In this document: positions 12,657-26,799 of the stretch, piece after piece | Layout: every line of letters starts with the position of its first letter | Position numbering within the stretch: position 1 is the stretch's first letter | Source of the DNA: Eledone cirrhosa | Taxonomy: Eukaryota | Direction of reading: 5' to 3' | Assembly (NCBI GenBank): GCA_964016885.1 | Contig: OZ024763.1 | Span: forward strand, 27,404,001 to 27,468,000 | DNA: 64,000 nucleotides | Notes under the pieces: model-generated | What the model was told of the DNA's origin: nothing | Database searches by the model: none | The model's input: the letters and a program-made list of their open reading frames with translations, nothing else | Made by a program: the position numbers and the translations under genes

Positions 12657-12709
12657 AATGTAATATTATGTAAATATAATATATATATATATACGTATGT
12701 ATGTATGTA

Positions 12710-12764
<55 letters not shown>

Positions 12765-12767
<3 letters not shown>

Positions 12768-12864
12768 AGTTCCATACCAAATTAACAAACCATACTTGAA
12801 CTAACTCTACACCGAATTCGTCTTTTAGACTGAAGTCTCTACCAATTTTGTATATGTGTGTGTA

Positions 12865-12928
<64 letters not shown>

Positions 12929-13012
12929 TTAGTTCCATACCAAATTAGCAAACCATACTTGAACTAACTCTACACAGAAATCGTCTTTTAGACTGAATTC
13001 TCTACCAATTTT
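12765..13012. repeat. Tandem duplication of an ~86 bp unique segment with its (GT)n(GA)n flank
   Basis: 12765-12851 is nearly identical to 12928-13012. Confidence 0.75.
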
Positions 13013-13049
13013 GGATACCACCTCACAGATCTTCACTACTATATATATA

Positions 13050-13181
13050 TAACGAAGGAAGTGTGGTAAGGAACCAGGTGGACCATAACGCACCAGCGTA
13101 CTCAATACTTAGGGTAGTAGAGTGGGTAATAGGAAATTGTTCAAGACCCCGACGGCAGAGCTCAAGCCGTAGAAACGGCTT

Positions 13182-13182
<1 letters not shown>
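13050..13182 (-). mobile_element. Family C insert
   Basis: Reverse complement of the family C tail; ends in a mini foldback aagccgt-agaa-acggctt. Confidence 0.7.
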
Positions 13183-13216
<34 letters not shown>

Positions 13217-13301
13217 CTCTGCACTCACACACTCTTTCATTCTTTCATTCTTTCTTTCTTTCTTTCTTTCTTCATGCTGTCTTGACTTTAGTTTCCTCCA
13301 T

Positions 13302-13558
13302 TCTTCTTCTTCTTCTTCTTCTTCTTCTTCTTCTTCTTCTTCTTCTTCTTCTCCTTCTCCTTCTCCTTCTTTTTCTTCTTTTTCTTCTTCTTCTTCTTCT
13401 TCTTTTTCTTCTTCTTCTTCTTCTCCTTCTTCTTCTTCTTCTTCTTCTTCTTTTTCTTTTTCTTTTTCTTCTTCTTCTTCTTTTTCTTCTTTTTCTTCTT
13501 CTTCTTCTTCTTCTTCTTCTTCTTCTTCTTCTTCTTCTTCTTCTTCTTCTTCTTCTTC
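13302..13558. repeat. (CTT)n microsatellite
   Basis: Direct reading. Confidence 0.9.
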
Positions 13559-13886
13559 GCCACCACCACCTCACCAGCCTCTCCTCCGCCTCCTCCCCAT
13601 TGCACGTGTCGTCTGCATCAAAGACAGTTTCTTTTTTTCTCCAATCTGTCCAACCTTCTTACCTTTGTCATCACCTCGCCACCATTATATGGTGTTGTTC
13701 GTGTGTAGTTAGAGAGAGAGAGAGAGAGGGGGGAAGTGAGAAAGAGAAGGGTAGATAGATAGATAGAAAGGGATAGATAGATAGATAAAGAGAGAGAGAG
13801 AGATAGATAGATAGATAGAGGTTGCATGACATTCTTACACACACACACACACCCTTACACACACTCTTACACACACACACACACAC

Positions 13887-13930
<44 letters not shown>

Positions 13931-14330
13931 CCTTACACACACACACACCCTTACACACACACACACACTCACACACACCCTTACACACACACACACACTC
14001 ACACACACCCTTACACACACAACATCTCTTACAGACACACGCACATGCCCTTACACACTAACACACAGGGAGACTCTTCCTTACACACACACATTCTTAT
14101 ACACACACACCCACCCACCCATTCACTCTTACATACACCCTTACTCACAGACACACCGTTATACACAGATACACACACACCCTTGCACACACCCTTAAAC
14201 ACACATACCTTTACACACAGACAGATACCCTTACACACACACACACACACCCACCCACCCTTACACACAGACAGACACCCTTATACACACACACACACAC
14301 CCACCCACCCTTACACACAGACAGACACCC

Positions 14331-14364
<34 letters not shown>

Positions 14365-14619
14365 ACACCCACACCCACCCACCCTTACACACAGACAGAC
14401 ACACACCCTTATACACAGACGAATACCTTTAAATACACATGCCCTTACACACAGACACAACCTTACACAGAGGCACACTCACACTCCTTTACACTACACT
14501 CACACACCCTTACACACCTACCCTTACACACAGACACACCCCTGTACACAGACACACCCTTAAACACACAGACACACTCTTACACACACCTTTACACACA
14601 CAGACACACACCTTTACAC

Positions 14620-14928
14620 ACATACCCTTACACACAGACACAGCTTTACACAGAGGCACACACACACACACACCATTCCTTACACTCACACAGCACGCAC
14701 CCTTACACACATACCCTTACACACAGACACAGCTTTACGCAGAGGCACACACACACACACACACACCCTTCCTTACACTCACACAGCACGCACCCTTACA
14801 CACATACCCTTACACACAGACACAGCTTTACACAGAAGCACACACACACACACACACCCTTCCTTACACTCACACAGCACGCACCCTTACACACATACTC
14901 TTACACACAGACACAGCTTTACACAGAG

Positions 14929-14964
<36 letters not shown>

Positions 14965-15030
14965 CCTTACACTCACACAGCACGCACCCTTACACACATA
15001 CTCTTACACACAGACACAGCTTTACACAGA

Positions 15031-15065
<35 letters not shown>

Positions 15066-15131
15066 CCTTACACTCACACAGCACGCACCCTTACACACAT
15101 ACTCTTACACACAGACACAGCTTTACACAGA

Positions 15132-15168
<37 letters not shown>

Positions 15169-15234
15169 CCTTACACTCACACAGCACGCACCCTTACACA
15201 CATACTCTTACACACAGACACAGCTTTACACAGA

Positions 15235-15269
<35 letters not shown>

Positions 15270-15335
15270 CCTTACACTCACACAGCACGCACCCTTACAC
15301 ACATACTCTTACACACAGACACAGCTTTACACAGA

Positions 15336-15384
<49 letters not shown>

Positions 15385-15520
15385 CCTTACACTCACACAG
15401 CATGCACCCTTACACACATACTCTTACACACAGTCACAGCTTTACACAGAATCACACACACACACACACACACACCCTTCCTTACACTCACACAGCACGC
15501 ACCCTTACACACATACCCTT
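14620..15520. repeat. CA-rich minisatellite, ~110-120 bp unit
   Basis: Recurrent cccttccttacactcacacagcacgcacccttacacacatactcttacacacagacacagctttacacaga plus variable (CA)n. Confidence 0.8.
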
Positions 15521-15551
15521 ACACAAAGACACAGACACACAGATCCACAGA

Positions 15552-15615
<64 letters not shown>

Positions 15616-15999
15616 CACACAGATATGTGTACAAATGTGCCTCCTTATTTTCCCTATTTGCGGCGTGTGCACTTGATGGCGGGGTTCAGAGTGTCTGAGA
15701 CGCCGGGCTTGGGTTTGTCTGTTAAAGGCCAACAACCTCTTGTATTTCGAGTTTAAAGGAACGACTGACTGTCTTTTCAATGGCGGCCGACTATAGAAAA
15801 CACGTTCGGTAATTGTTTTAAATAGAGGTGTTAAATCAATGACACACGGACAGACATAGAGAGAAAGGGAGAGGGAGAGGTAGAGGGGGTGGAGGGGGAG
15901 TTAGGGAGAGTTAGGGAGAGTTAGGGAGAGAAAGAGAGAGCAGAGAGGGTGAGGAAGGACCAGATATAGACAAAGAGACAAAGCATGGAAGAGAGAGTT

Positions 16000-16124
<125 letters not shown>

Positions 16125-16125
16125 A

Positions 16126-16158
<33 letters not shown>

Positions 16159-16162
16159 TATG

Positions 16163-16340
<178 letters not shown>

Positions 16341-16419
16341 CACAGATATATTCATATATTTGTGAATGTTATATGTAAATCTATATGTGTATATATATCT
16401 ATATGTACGTATGTATGAG

Positions 16420-16474
<55 letters not shown>

Positions 16475-16519
16475 GCACGCACACACACATACACACACAT
16501 GCACAAACACACACACATG

Positions 16520-17438
16520 GAAGGTGGTGGTGGAAGGTGGCGGTGGAGGTGGTGGTGGTGGTAGTGGAAGGTGGCGGAGGTGGTGGCGGAGGTGGTGGTG
16601 GTGGCGGAGGTGGTGGTGGAGGTGGTGGTGGTGGTGGTGGTGGTGGTGGAGGTGGTGGTGTGGTGGTGGTGGTGGTGGTGGAGGTGGTGGTGGTGGTGGT
16701 GGAGGTGGTGGTGGTGGTGGAGGTGGTGGTGTGGTGGTGGTGGTGGTGGAGGTGGTGGAAGGTGTTTCAATGTCTTGGCTTTGAAATTTCCACACAAAAC
16801 CGTTTGAAACAAAAGGGGAACCGTTTGAGTAGCAATTGTACTGGTGGTAGTAGTAGTAGTAGTATTGGTGGTAGTAGTGGTGGAGTTGGTGTTGGTGGTA
16901 GTAGTAGTGGTGTTGTTGGTGGTAGTGGTAGTGGTGGTGTTGGTGGTACTAGTGGTGTTGGTGGTAGTAGTGGTGGTGGTGGTTGTAGTAGTAGTGGTGT
17001 TGTTAGTGGTAGTGGTGGTGTTGGTGGTACTAGTGGTGGTGGTGGTAGTAGTAGTGGTAGTAGTAGTGGTAATAGTGGTAGTGGTGGTACTGGTAGTAGT
17101 AGTAGCGGTGTTGGTGGTGGTAGTAGTGGTGTTGGGGGTGGTAGTAGTGGTAGTGGTGGTAGTGGAGGTGGTGGTGGTGGCGGTAGTAGTTTTGTTGATA
17201 GTGGTAGTAGTAGTAGTGTTGGTGGTAGTAGTAGTAATAGTGGTAGTGGTGTTGGTAGTAGTAGTAGTAGTATTAGTGGTGGTGCTATTGATGGTGGTAG
17301 TCGTAGTGGTAATTGTGATAGTAGTAATAGTGGTGTTGATAGTGGTACTGGTGTTGGTAGTAGTAGTAATAGTGATAGTTGTGTTCGTGGTAGTAGTAAT
17401 AGTGGCGGTTGTAGTAAGAGTAGTAGTGGTCGTGGTAA

Positions 17439-17470
<32 letters not shown>

Positions 17471-17600
17471 ATAGTAGTAGTAGCTAGTGGTGCTGTTGAT
17501 GGTGGTAGTAGTAGTGGTGGTTGTAGTAGTGGTGGTTTTACTAGTGGTAGTAGTAGTAGTAGTAATGGTAGTGGTGTTGGAAGTAGTAATGGTGGTATTC
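16520..17600. repeat. (GGT)n/(AGT)n low-complexity tract
   Basis: Direct reading. Confidence 0.85.
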
Positions 17601-17625
17601 AATAGCAGTCATCTCTAGTGTTGAA

Positions 17626-17702
<77 letters not shown>

Positions 17703-17843
17703 TAGAGAGAGATATAGATAGATAGAGAGAGAGAGAGAGAATGCCTTTATATCTACGTTACTTTAATCGCAGACATTTTCCAATATGCGCCATTTTGTGT
17801 GAAAATTAGATAGATAGATAGATACATAGAGAGAGAGAGAGAT

Positions 17844-17953
<110 letters not shown>

Positions 17954-18224
17954 CCTTTATATCTACGTTACTTTAATCCCAGAAATTTTCCAATATGCGC
18001 CATTTTGTGTGGAAATATTTAATATCCAATTATATTGTTAAACGAAATATCTTTGACGGTTATTTGATCGGTCATTTTAGTTAAGTAACTATTTAGTTTG
18101 TGTTTGCATGTATTGTCCCTTAACTGTTGAGGGCGCCATATCGACATATGCCGTTTCTTAGGGTATTTTAAAGCCTGGTGGAGCCCAACCCTCTCCAGGT
18201 TTTTTTAATTTCTGTAGAGGAAGA

Positions 18225-18385
18225 ATCGATCCCAGTACTGGACTGGTACTTTATTTATCGACCTCGAAAGGATGGAAGATAGAGTTGATCCCTGCGGGAT
18301 TTGAACTCAGAGAGCGCAATGAGGTGGGACAAATACCATAAAGCATTCTATCAGACGTCTTAACGACTCTGCCAGTTCGCCGCCT
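18225..18385 (-). mobile_element. Octopus-type SINE
   Basis: actggtactttatttatcgacc...atttgaactcag...gactctgccagttcgccgcc. Confidence 0.75.
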
Positions 18386-18436
18386 AAAGTGAACATATAC
18401 GCACAAAAACAACAACACAATATTAAAGGCATTGCA

Positions 18437-18845
18437 TCACTATACACTACACACCTATATACAACATCACTATACACTACACACCTATATACAACATCAC
18501 TATACACTACAGACCTATATACAACATCACTATACACTACAGACCTATATACAACAACACTATACACTACATCACTATATACAACATCACTATACACTAC
18601 AGACCTATATATAACATCACTATACACTACACACCTATATACAACATCACTATACACTACACACCTATATACAACATCACTATACACTACACACCTATAT
18701 ACAACATCACTATACACTACAGACCTATATACAACATCAATATACACTATAGACCTATACACAACATCACTATACACTACAGACCTATATACAACATCAC
18801 TATACACTATAGACCTATACACAACATCACTATGCACTACACACG
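18437..18845. repeat. 30 bp minisatellite, ~13 copies
   Basis: tcactatacactacacacctatatacaaca repeated. Confidence 0.9.
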
Positions 18846-19034
18846 TATATACCGCAGCATTATGCGTGCACCAGATTCACCACTTGTCTTATATATTGCA
18901 CATGTCACAGCTCTATTGATATATAAAAATGCACTGTCAACACAAGAGCAAGAATGAAGGGTTCATTCTGCTGACATGGCTATAAAATTGAGGCTTGTTT
19001 GCATAATTGCAAACGAATCGAATGTTATTATTGT

Positions 19035-19215
19035 GAATTGGCAGTATCGGTAGAGGGTCGGACACCATGCTTTCCAGCATAGTTACGTCCCTTTACGATC
19101 TGAGTTCAAATCCCACTGAGGTTAACTTTGCCTTTCATCCTTACGGGGTCGATAAAATAAAGTACCAGTAATACACTGATATAATTGCTGGCCTAGTGCT
19201 AAAAGTAGAAACAAA
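19035..19215 (+). mobile_element. Octopus-type SINE
   Basis: A box tggcagtatcgg, B box gagttcaaatcc, ttgcctttcatccttacggggtcgataaaataaagtaccag. Confidence 0.8.
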
Positions 19216-19245
19216 AATTAATATTCGAAAAACCCAGATTACATT

Positions 19246-19380
<135 letters not shown>

Positions 19381-19423
19381 AATAGAATGAAACGGAATTT
19401 CATTTCTCACTCTTAGTACGGCA

Positions 19424-19463
<40 letters not shown>

Positions 19464-19468
<5 letters not shown>

Positions 19469-19950
19469 ATACTTTGGGAGGGTCATGTTGCCAATAAGAA
19501 ACACACGCACCAGTTGCTTTCACTTCAATAAAAAATAAAAAAATAAAAATAGAAAAATGAACACAAACACACACAGACACCCGGATGTGGCGCATGCGCA
19601 AACTGAGCACGCAACCCACACACAAACAAAATGGCGTAGGATAGAAGAAAGGAAAGGCACAGAAACGAAGAAAGAAATCCCCAGTCACTGAAGAGGTCAC
19701 AGAGTGTGTGACGAAAGAACTATGACTATATATATATAAACAACTATCTGGTTGTGGAACCAACCAACCAACCAGAAATTTATAAATTTGTAAATTTATA
19801 AATATTTAATAAATTAATAAATTAAATTGAAGTGAAAGCAACTGGTGCGTGTGTTTCTTATTGGCAACATGACCCTCCCAAAGTATAACAATATCGGTTT
19901 CAACACACGATTTCAGATAAAGAATCTTGCTAAACAAATTCAGAAACGAA
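19464..19950 (+). mobile_element. Family D insert with inverted 5' segment
   Basis: 19464-19529 is rc of 19826-19892; (TA)n on both sides. Confidence 0.75.
19683..19727 (+). ncRNA. Type I hammerhead ribozyme (family D)
   Basis: AGTCA-CTGAAGA-G-GTCACA-gagtg-TGTGAC-GAA-AGAACT-A-TGACT. Confidence 0.85.
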
Positions 19951-20170
19951 ATATATATATATATATATATATTTATTCAGGTTTGAGGTTCACCACTGGA
20001 TATAGCTGGTCAATTCCGTATGGTCAATCTTAATGTAATAATATGGAGAGTACTCAACGTAAAGCAGTTCAACCGTCTTTGTTTTTGTAGTTGGTGGTGC
20101 TAGTACGGAGTTAAATATTATAATGAAATGACAGGAGGCTGGACTTGTGTAAATCCTTGAAAGGTTTATT

Positions 20171-20228
20171 AGACTATGATCATTTCAATGACCGGGTTCC
20201 GTATGAATCCGGTGATATCATCAGGTAT
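20171..20228 (-). ncRNA. Hammerhead ribozyme (family G, left arm)
   Basis: Mirror of 20254-20311 with one stem I mismatch. Confidence 0.65.
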
Positions 20229-20253
20229 TCGAAATATACTTATTATATTTCGA

Positions 20254-20311
20254 ATACCTGATGATATCACCGGATTCATACGGAACCCGGTCATTGAAAT
20301 GATCATAGTAT
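20254..20311 (+). ncRNA. Type I hammerhead ribozyme (family G)
   Basis: ATAC-CTGATGA-tatc-ACCGG.TTC.....GAA.CCGGT-catt-GAA-ATGATCAT-A-GTAT. Confidence 0.75.
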
Positions 20312-20357
20312 AATAAACCTTTCAAGGATTTACACAAGTCCAGCCTCCTGTCATTTC

Positions 20358-20409
<52 letters not shown>

Positions 20410-20413
<4 letters not shown>

Positions 20414-20588
20414 AACGAGTAGGACCCCGACGGCTGAGCTCAAGCCGTTTCGACGGCTTATTCTGGAAACGGCTTGAGCTCAGCCGTCGGGGTCCTACTC
20501 GTTCCTATTACCCATCCTACTGCCCTAAGTATTGAGTACTTTGGTGCGTTATGGTTGGTCCATCTGGTTCCTTACCACATTTCCTTCG

Positions 20589-20590
<2 letters not shown>
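20410..20590. mobile_element. Family C foldback insert
   Basis: Inverted arms 20410-20451 and 20466-20507; GAA-ACGGCT-tgagctc-AGCCGT-C-GGGGTCC. Confidence 0.75.
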
Positions 20591-20638
<48 letters not shown>

Positions 20639-20699
20639 ATTATAAAGTATTATAAAGTAAAATGACAAGAGGCTGGACAGGTTGAAGTATATATATACC

Positions 20700-21550
20700 G
20701 CCACCGTCACCAAAATAGCACCACCATTACCTCCACCACTACCACTACTAGAACTACCATCACCACTACCACCACCACTACTACTAATACTGCTACGCGT
20801 ACAATCACTACCAGCATTCCCATCACCACTACTTCCATCACTACTTCCACCACCACCACCACCACCACCTCTGCTACCACTCTTTCCACCACCACCACCA
20901 CGACCACACCACCTCTGCTACCACTCTTTCAACCACCATCACCACCACCTCCACCACTACCACCACCATCACTAGTTCCACCACCACCACCACCACCACC
21001 ACCACCACCACCACCACCACCACCACCACCACCACCACCAGCAGCAACACCACCACCACCATCAGAACAACCACCGCCACTTCAACACCACCACCACCAC
21101 TACCAGCACCACCACCACCACTACCAGCACCACCACCAACACTACACCACCACCACTACACCACCACCACTACACCACCACCACCACCACCACCACCACC
21201 ACCACCACCACCACCACCACCACCACCGCCACCACTACACCACCACCACCACTACACCACCACTACCACCACCACTACACCACCACCACCACTACACCAC
21301 CACCACCACCACCACCACCACCACCACCACCACCACCACCACCACTACACCACTACACCACCACTACACCACCACACCACCACCACCACCACACCACCAC
21401 CACCACCACCATACCACTACACCACCATACCACTACACCACCACTACACCACCACACCACCACCACCACCACACCACCACCACCACCACCATACCACTAC
21501 ACCACCACTACACCACCACCACCACCACCACCACCACCACCACCATACCA
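20700..21550. repeat. (CCA)n-rich low-complexity tract
   Basis: Direct reading. Confidence 0.85.
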
Positions 21551-22119
21551 CAGTCTCTCACATCCACTGTTCTGTTTACGATAAGAATAACAAAGTTTTT
21601 TGACATTTGTTTACATTTTCAAAGCGAGGCTAATAACTTGAAAAGCAATAAAAAAAAAAAAATCGAACCTAAAAGCTTTATTAATAAATTTTATTTAGAT
21701 TAGAATTTGCGTTCGATCTTCTGATAGACATTGTGTTGTGAATAAATATTTGTTATTGAATCAGTGGTTATTGAACACAACATACTTTTGAGGAATGATG
21801 CTAGATGTTATGTAATATATATTGTGTGTGTATATATATATATGTGTGTGTGTCTATGTATGTATGTGTATATATATGTGTGTGTGCGTGTGTGTATGTA
21901 TATGTATATATATATATTCATACACATATATATATTCATATATATATACACACAGACACACACACACATATATATATATATTCATATGAATATATATATT
22001 CATATACATATATACATATATATATATATATATTCATATACATTCACACACACACACGCACATATATATATATACATACATATATATATATATATATACA
22101 CATACACACACATATATAC

Positions 22120-22178
<59 letters not shown>

Positions 22179-23217
22179 CATACACACATACACACATATA
22201 TATTCACACACATATATATATATATATATATATGTGTACACACATACACACACGTACACTTATATATTCACACACATATATATATATATATACATATATA
22301 CACTCTTACGAAACCACCGGCGCCCAACCGTTTCCGTCTACACCCCACCCCCACCACCACCACCACCACCTCATCTTCCACCCCCTCCAAGTACGCTACA
22401 ACCCCCCCACCCCCTCCTTACCATTCAACTCTCCGTTCTATTGCAACTCAGCTAAAATAAAATGCCACCCGTACTTAATAAAGACTCGTGATTACTGCAC
22501 ACTGCACAAAGGGGAAGCCCAGTGTGCATAATGTGCATTTCAGAAATTTTCAAAAGTGCAGGAACAGCAGATCAATGGAGAGGAGGAGGAGGAGATAGAT
22601 AGATAGATAGATAGATAGAGAGGGAGTGAGATAAATAGATAGATAGAGAGAGGGAGTGAGGGAGAGAGAGAGAGAGAAAGAAACCAAAAATAAGTTAAAA
22701 AAGAAATATTATAAGTTACGCCATTTTTCAGTGTTAAGGTATGTAGAGATAGATAGAGAGAAAGATAGAGAGAGTAGGGGGAGAGGCACAGAGAGAGAGA
22801 GTGTTGTTGTGTGGTAGAGAGAGAAAATGAGGGTAGCGAGAGAGTTGGTGTGTGAGAGATAAAGAAGGTGGAAGGAGAATTGGTGAGAGAGAGAGAGAGA
22901 GAGAGGGAAGAGAGAGAAGGAGCGGGTGGAAAGAGTGTTGGTGAGAGAGAGAATGTTGGACACAACGAGAGAGTGAGAGAGAGACAGACAGAGAAGGAGG
23001 AGAGATAAATAGTTGCGTAATGTTATTGATTTAATAGATAGACATACACACGCACACACACACACACACACACACAGACACACGCAGACAAACACAGACA
23101 GACACACACACACACACACACAGGCACACACAGACACACACAGACACACACAAACACACACACACAGATACACACACACACGCAGACAGACACAGACACA
23201 CACACACACACACATAG

Positions 23218-23250
<33 letters not shown>

Positions 23251-23449
23251 TACATATATATATACATACATATATATATGTATGTATGTGTGTGTGTGGG
23301 GGGAGGGAGGTGTTTGTGGTGGCGTGTGAATGAGGTAAGGGGGCGTGGAAGAATACATTTGGTGACATTCGAAGAGAAAGAGAGAGACAGATATATATAT
23401 ATATATAAGGAGAGAGAGAGAGAGGGGGGATATAGATAGAGCAATATTA

Positions 23450-23480
<31 letters not shown>

Positions 23481-23619
23481 TAGAGCAATATAAAGAGAGA
23501 GAGAGAAAGATAGAGCAATATAAAGAGAGAGAGAGATAGAGCAATATAAAGAGAGAGTGAGAGAGAAAGAGAAAGATAGAGCAATATAAAGAGAGGGAGA
23601 GAGAGATAGAGCAATATAA

Positions 23620-23662
<43 letters not shown>

Positions 23663-23694
23663 TAGAGCAATATAAAGAGAGAGAGAGTGAGATA

Positions 23695-23759
<65 letters not shown>

Positions 23760-23869
23760 GGATGGATGGAGGAGAGAGAGAATGTCAAAAAGGTAGACAA
23801 ACGGACATTGCGAGGCATACTTAGATACACAGACACATACAGACAGACACATACACAGACATACACACA

Positions 23870-26585
23870 CACAGCCAGGTACACATACCAACACAGACAC
23901 AGCCAGGTACACATACCAACACACACACAGCCAGCTACACATACCAACACACACACAGCCAGGTACACATACCAACACAGACACAGCCAGGTACACATAC
24001 CAACACAGACACAGCCAGGTACACATACCAACACAGACACAGCCAGGTACACATACCAACACAGACACAGCCAGGTACACATACCAACACAGACACAGCC
24101 AGGTACACATACCAACACAGACACAGCCAGGTACACATACCAACACACACACAGCCAGGTACACATACCAACACACACACAGCCAGCTACACATACCAAC
24201 ACACACACAGCCAGCTACACATACCAACACACACACAGCCAGGTACACATACCAACACACACACAGCCAGCTACACATACCAACACACACACAGCCAGGT
24301 ACACATACCAACACACACACAGCCAGGTACACATACCAACACACACACAGCCAGGTACACATACCAACACACACACAGCCAGGTAGACACACTAACACAC
24401 TCACAGCCAGGTACACATACCTACACACACACAGCCAGGTACACATACCAACACACACACAGCCAGGTACACATACCAACACACACACAGCCAGGTAGAC
24501 ACACTAACACACTCACAGCCAGGTACACATACCTACACACACACAGCCAGGTACACATACCAACACACACACAGCCAGGTAGACACACTAACACACTCAC
24601 AGCCAGGTACACATACCAACACACACACTGCCAGGTACACATACCAACACACACACAGCCAGGTACACATACCAACACACACACAGCCAGGTACATATAC
24701 CAACACACACACAGCCAGGTACACATACCAACACACACACAGCCAGGTACACATACCAACACACACACAGCCAGGTAGACATACCAACACACACACAGCC
24801 AGGTAGACATACCAACACACACACAGCCAGGTACACATACCAACACACACACAGCCAGGTACACATACCAACACACACACAGCCAGGTAGACATACCAAC
24901 ACACACACTGCCAGGTACACATACCAACACACACACAGCCAGGTAGACATACCAACACACACACACAGCCAGGTAGACATACCAACACACACACAGCCAG
25001 GTACACATACCAACACACACACAGCCAGGTACATATACCAACACACACACAGCCAGGTACACATACAAACACACACACAGCCAGGTACACAAACCAACAC
25101 ACACACAGCCAGGTAGACATACCAACACACACACAGCCAGGTACACATACCAACACACACACAGCCAGGTACACATATCAACACACACACAGCCAGGTAC
25201 ACATACCAACACACACACAGCCAGGTACACATACCAACACACACACAGCCAGGTACACATACCAACACACACACTGCCAGGTACACATACCAACACACAC
25301 ACAGCCAGGTAGACATACCAACACACACACAGCCAGGTAGACATACCAACACACACACTGCCAGGTACACATACCAACACACACACAGCCAGGTAGACAT
25401 ACCAACACACACACAGCCAGGTAGACATACCAACACACACACAGCCAGGTACACATACCACACGCACACAGGCAGATACACATACCAACACACACACAGC
25501 CAGGTACACATATCTACACACACACAGCCAGGTACACATATCTACACACACACAGCCAGGTACACATACCAACACACACACAGCCAGGTACACGTACCAA
25601 CACACACAGCCAGGTACACATACCAACACACACACACAGCCAGGTACACATACCAACACACACACAGCCAGGTACACATACCAACACACACACAGCCAGG
25701 TACACATATCAACACACACACAGCCAGGTACACATATCAACACACACACAGCCAGGTACACATACCAACACACACACAGCCAGGTACACGTACCAACACA
25801 CACACAGCCAGGTACACATAGCTACACACACAGCCAGGTACACATACCAACACACACACAGCCAGGTACACGTACCAACACACACACAGCCAGGTACACA
25901 TACCAACACACACACAGCCAGGTACACATACCAACACACACACAGCCAGGTACACATACCTACAAACACACAGCCAGGTACACATATCAACACACACACA
26001 GCCAGGTACACATATCTACACACACACAGCCAGGTACACATACCAACACACACACAGCCAGGTACACATACCAACACAGACACAGCCAGGTACACATACC
26101 AACACACACACAGCCAGGTACACATACCAACACACACACAGCCAGGTAGACATACCAACACACACACAGCCAGGTACACATACCAACACACACACAGCCA
26201 GGTACACATACCAACACACACACAGCCAGGTAGACATACCAACACAGACACAGCCAGGTACACATAGCTACACACACACAGCCAGGTAGACACTGCCACA
26301 TACCAACACACACACTGCCACATACCTACACACACACTGCCACATACCTACACACACACTGCCACATACCAACACACACACTGCCACATACCTACACACA
26401 CACTGCCACATACCTACACACACGCTGCCACATACCAACACACACAGCCAGGTAGACACTGCCACATACCAACACACACACAGCCAGGTAGACACTGCCA
26501 CATACCAACACACACACTGCCACATACCAACACACACACAGCCAGGTAGACACTGCCACATACCTACACACACACTGCCAGGTAA
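23870..26585. repeat. 28 bp minisatellite, roughly 90 units
   Basis: cagccaggtacacataccaacacacaca; shifts to a ~22 bp ctgccacatacc variant after 26290. Confidence 0.9.
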
Positions 26586-26799
26586 GTCATTGGCATATGT
26601 AGAGAGACATTGCTGATGTAACTTTGTCGGTTTATCAACGTTTGATACCTCGCACTTGCATTGCTGCCGTCATCTCTATTTCCGTCCGCCATGACATTGA
26701 AAGATCTGACTTTTATTCCCCCACTCCACACCTCCCACACCGCCACCGGCGGCCTCTCTCAACACTACCATCGCTGCCCGCCCCTCGCCACAGCCTTCA

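Larger units (their letters stand above)
19973..20362. mobile_element. Family G foldback insert
   Basis: ~120 bp inverted arms around cttat (20239-20243) plus ~145 bp tail; relative at 46846-47583. Confidence 0.75.

Noticed and set aside
23870-26585. CRISPR-like regular repeats, also 18437-18845 and 39995-41180
   Set aside because: No unique spacers, no cas genes, eukaryotic context
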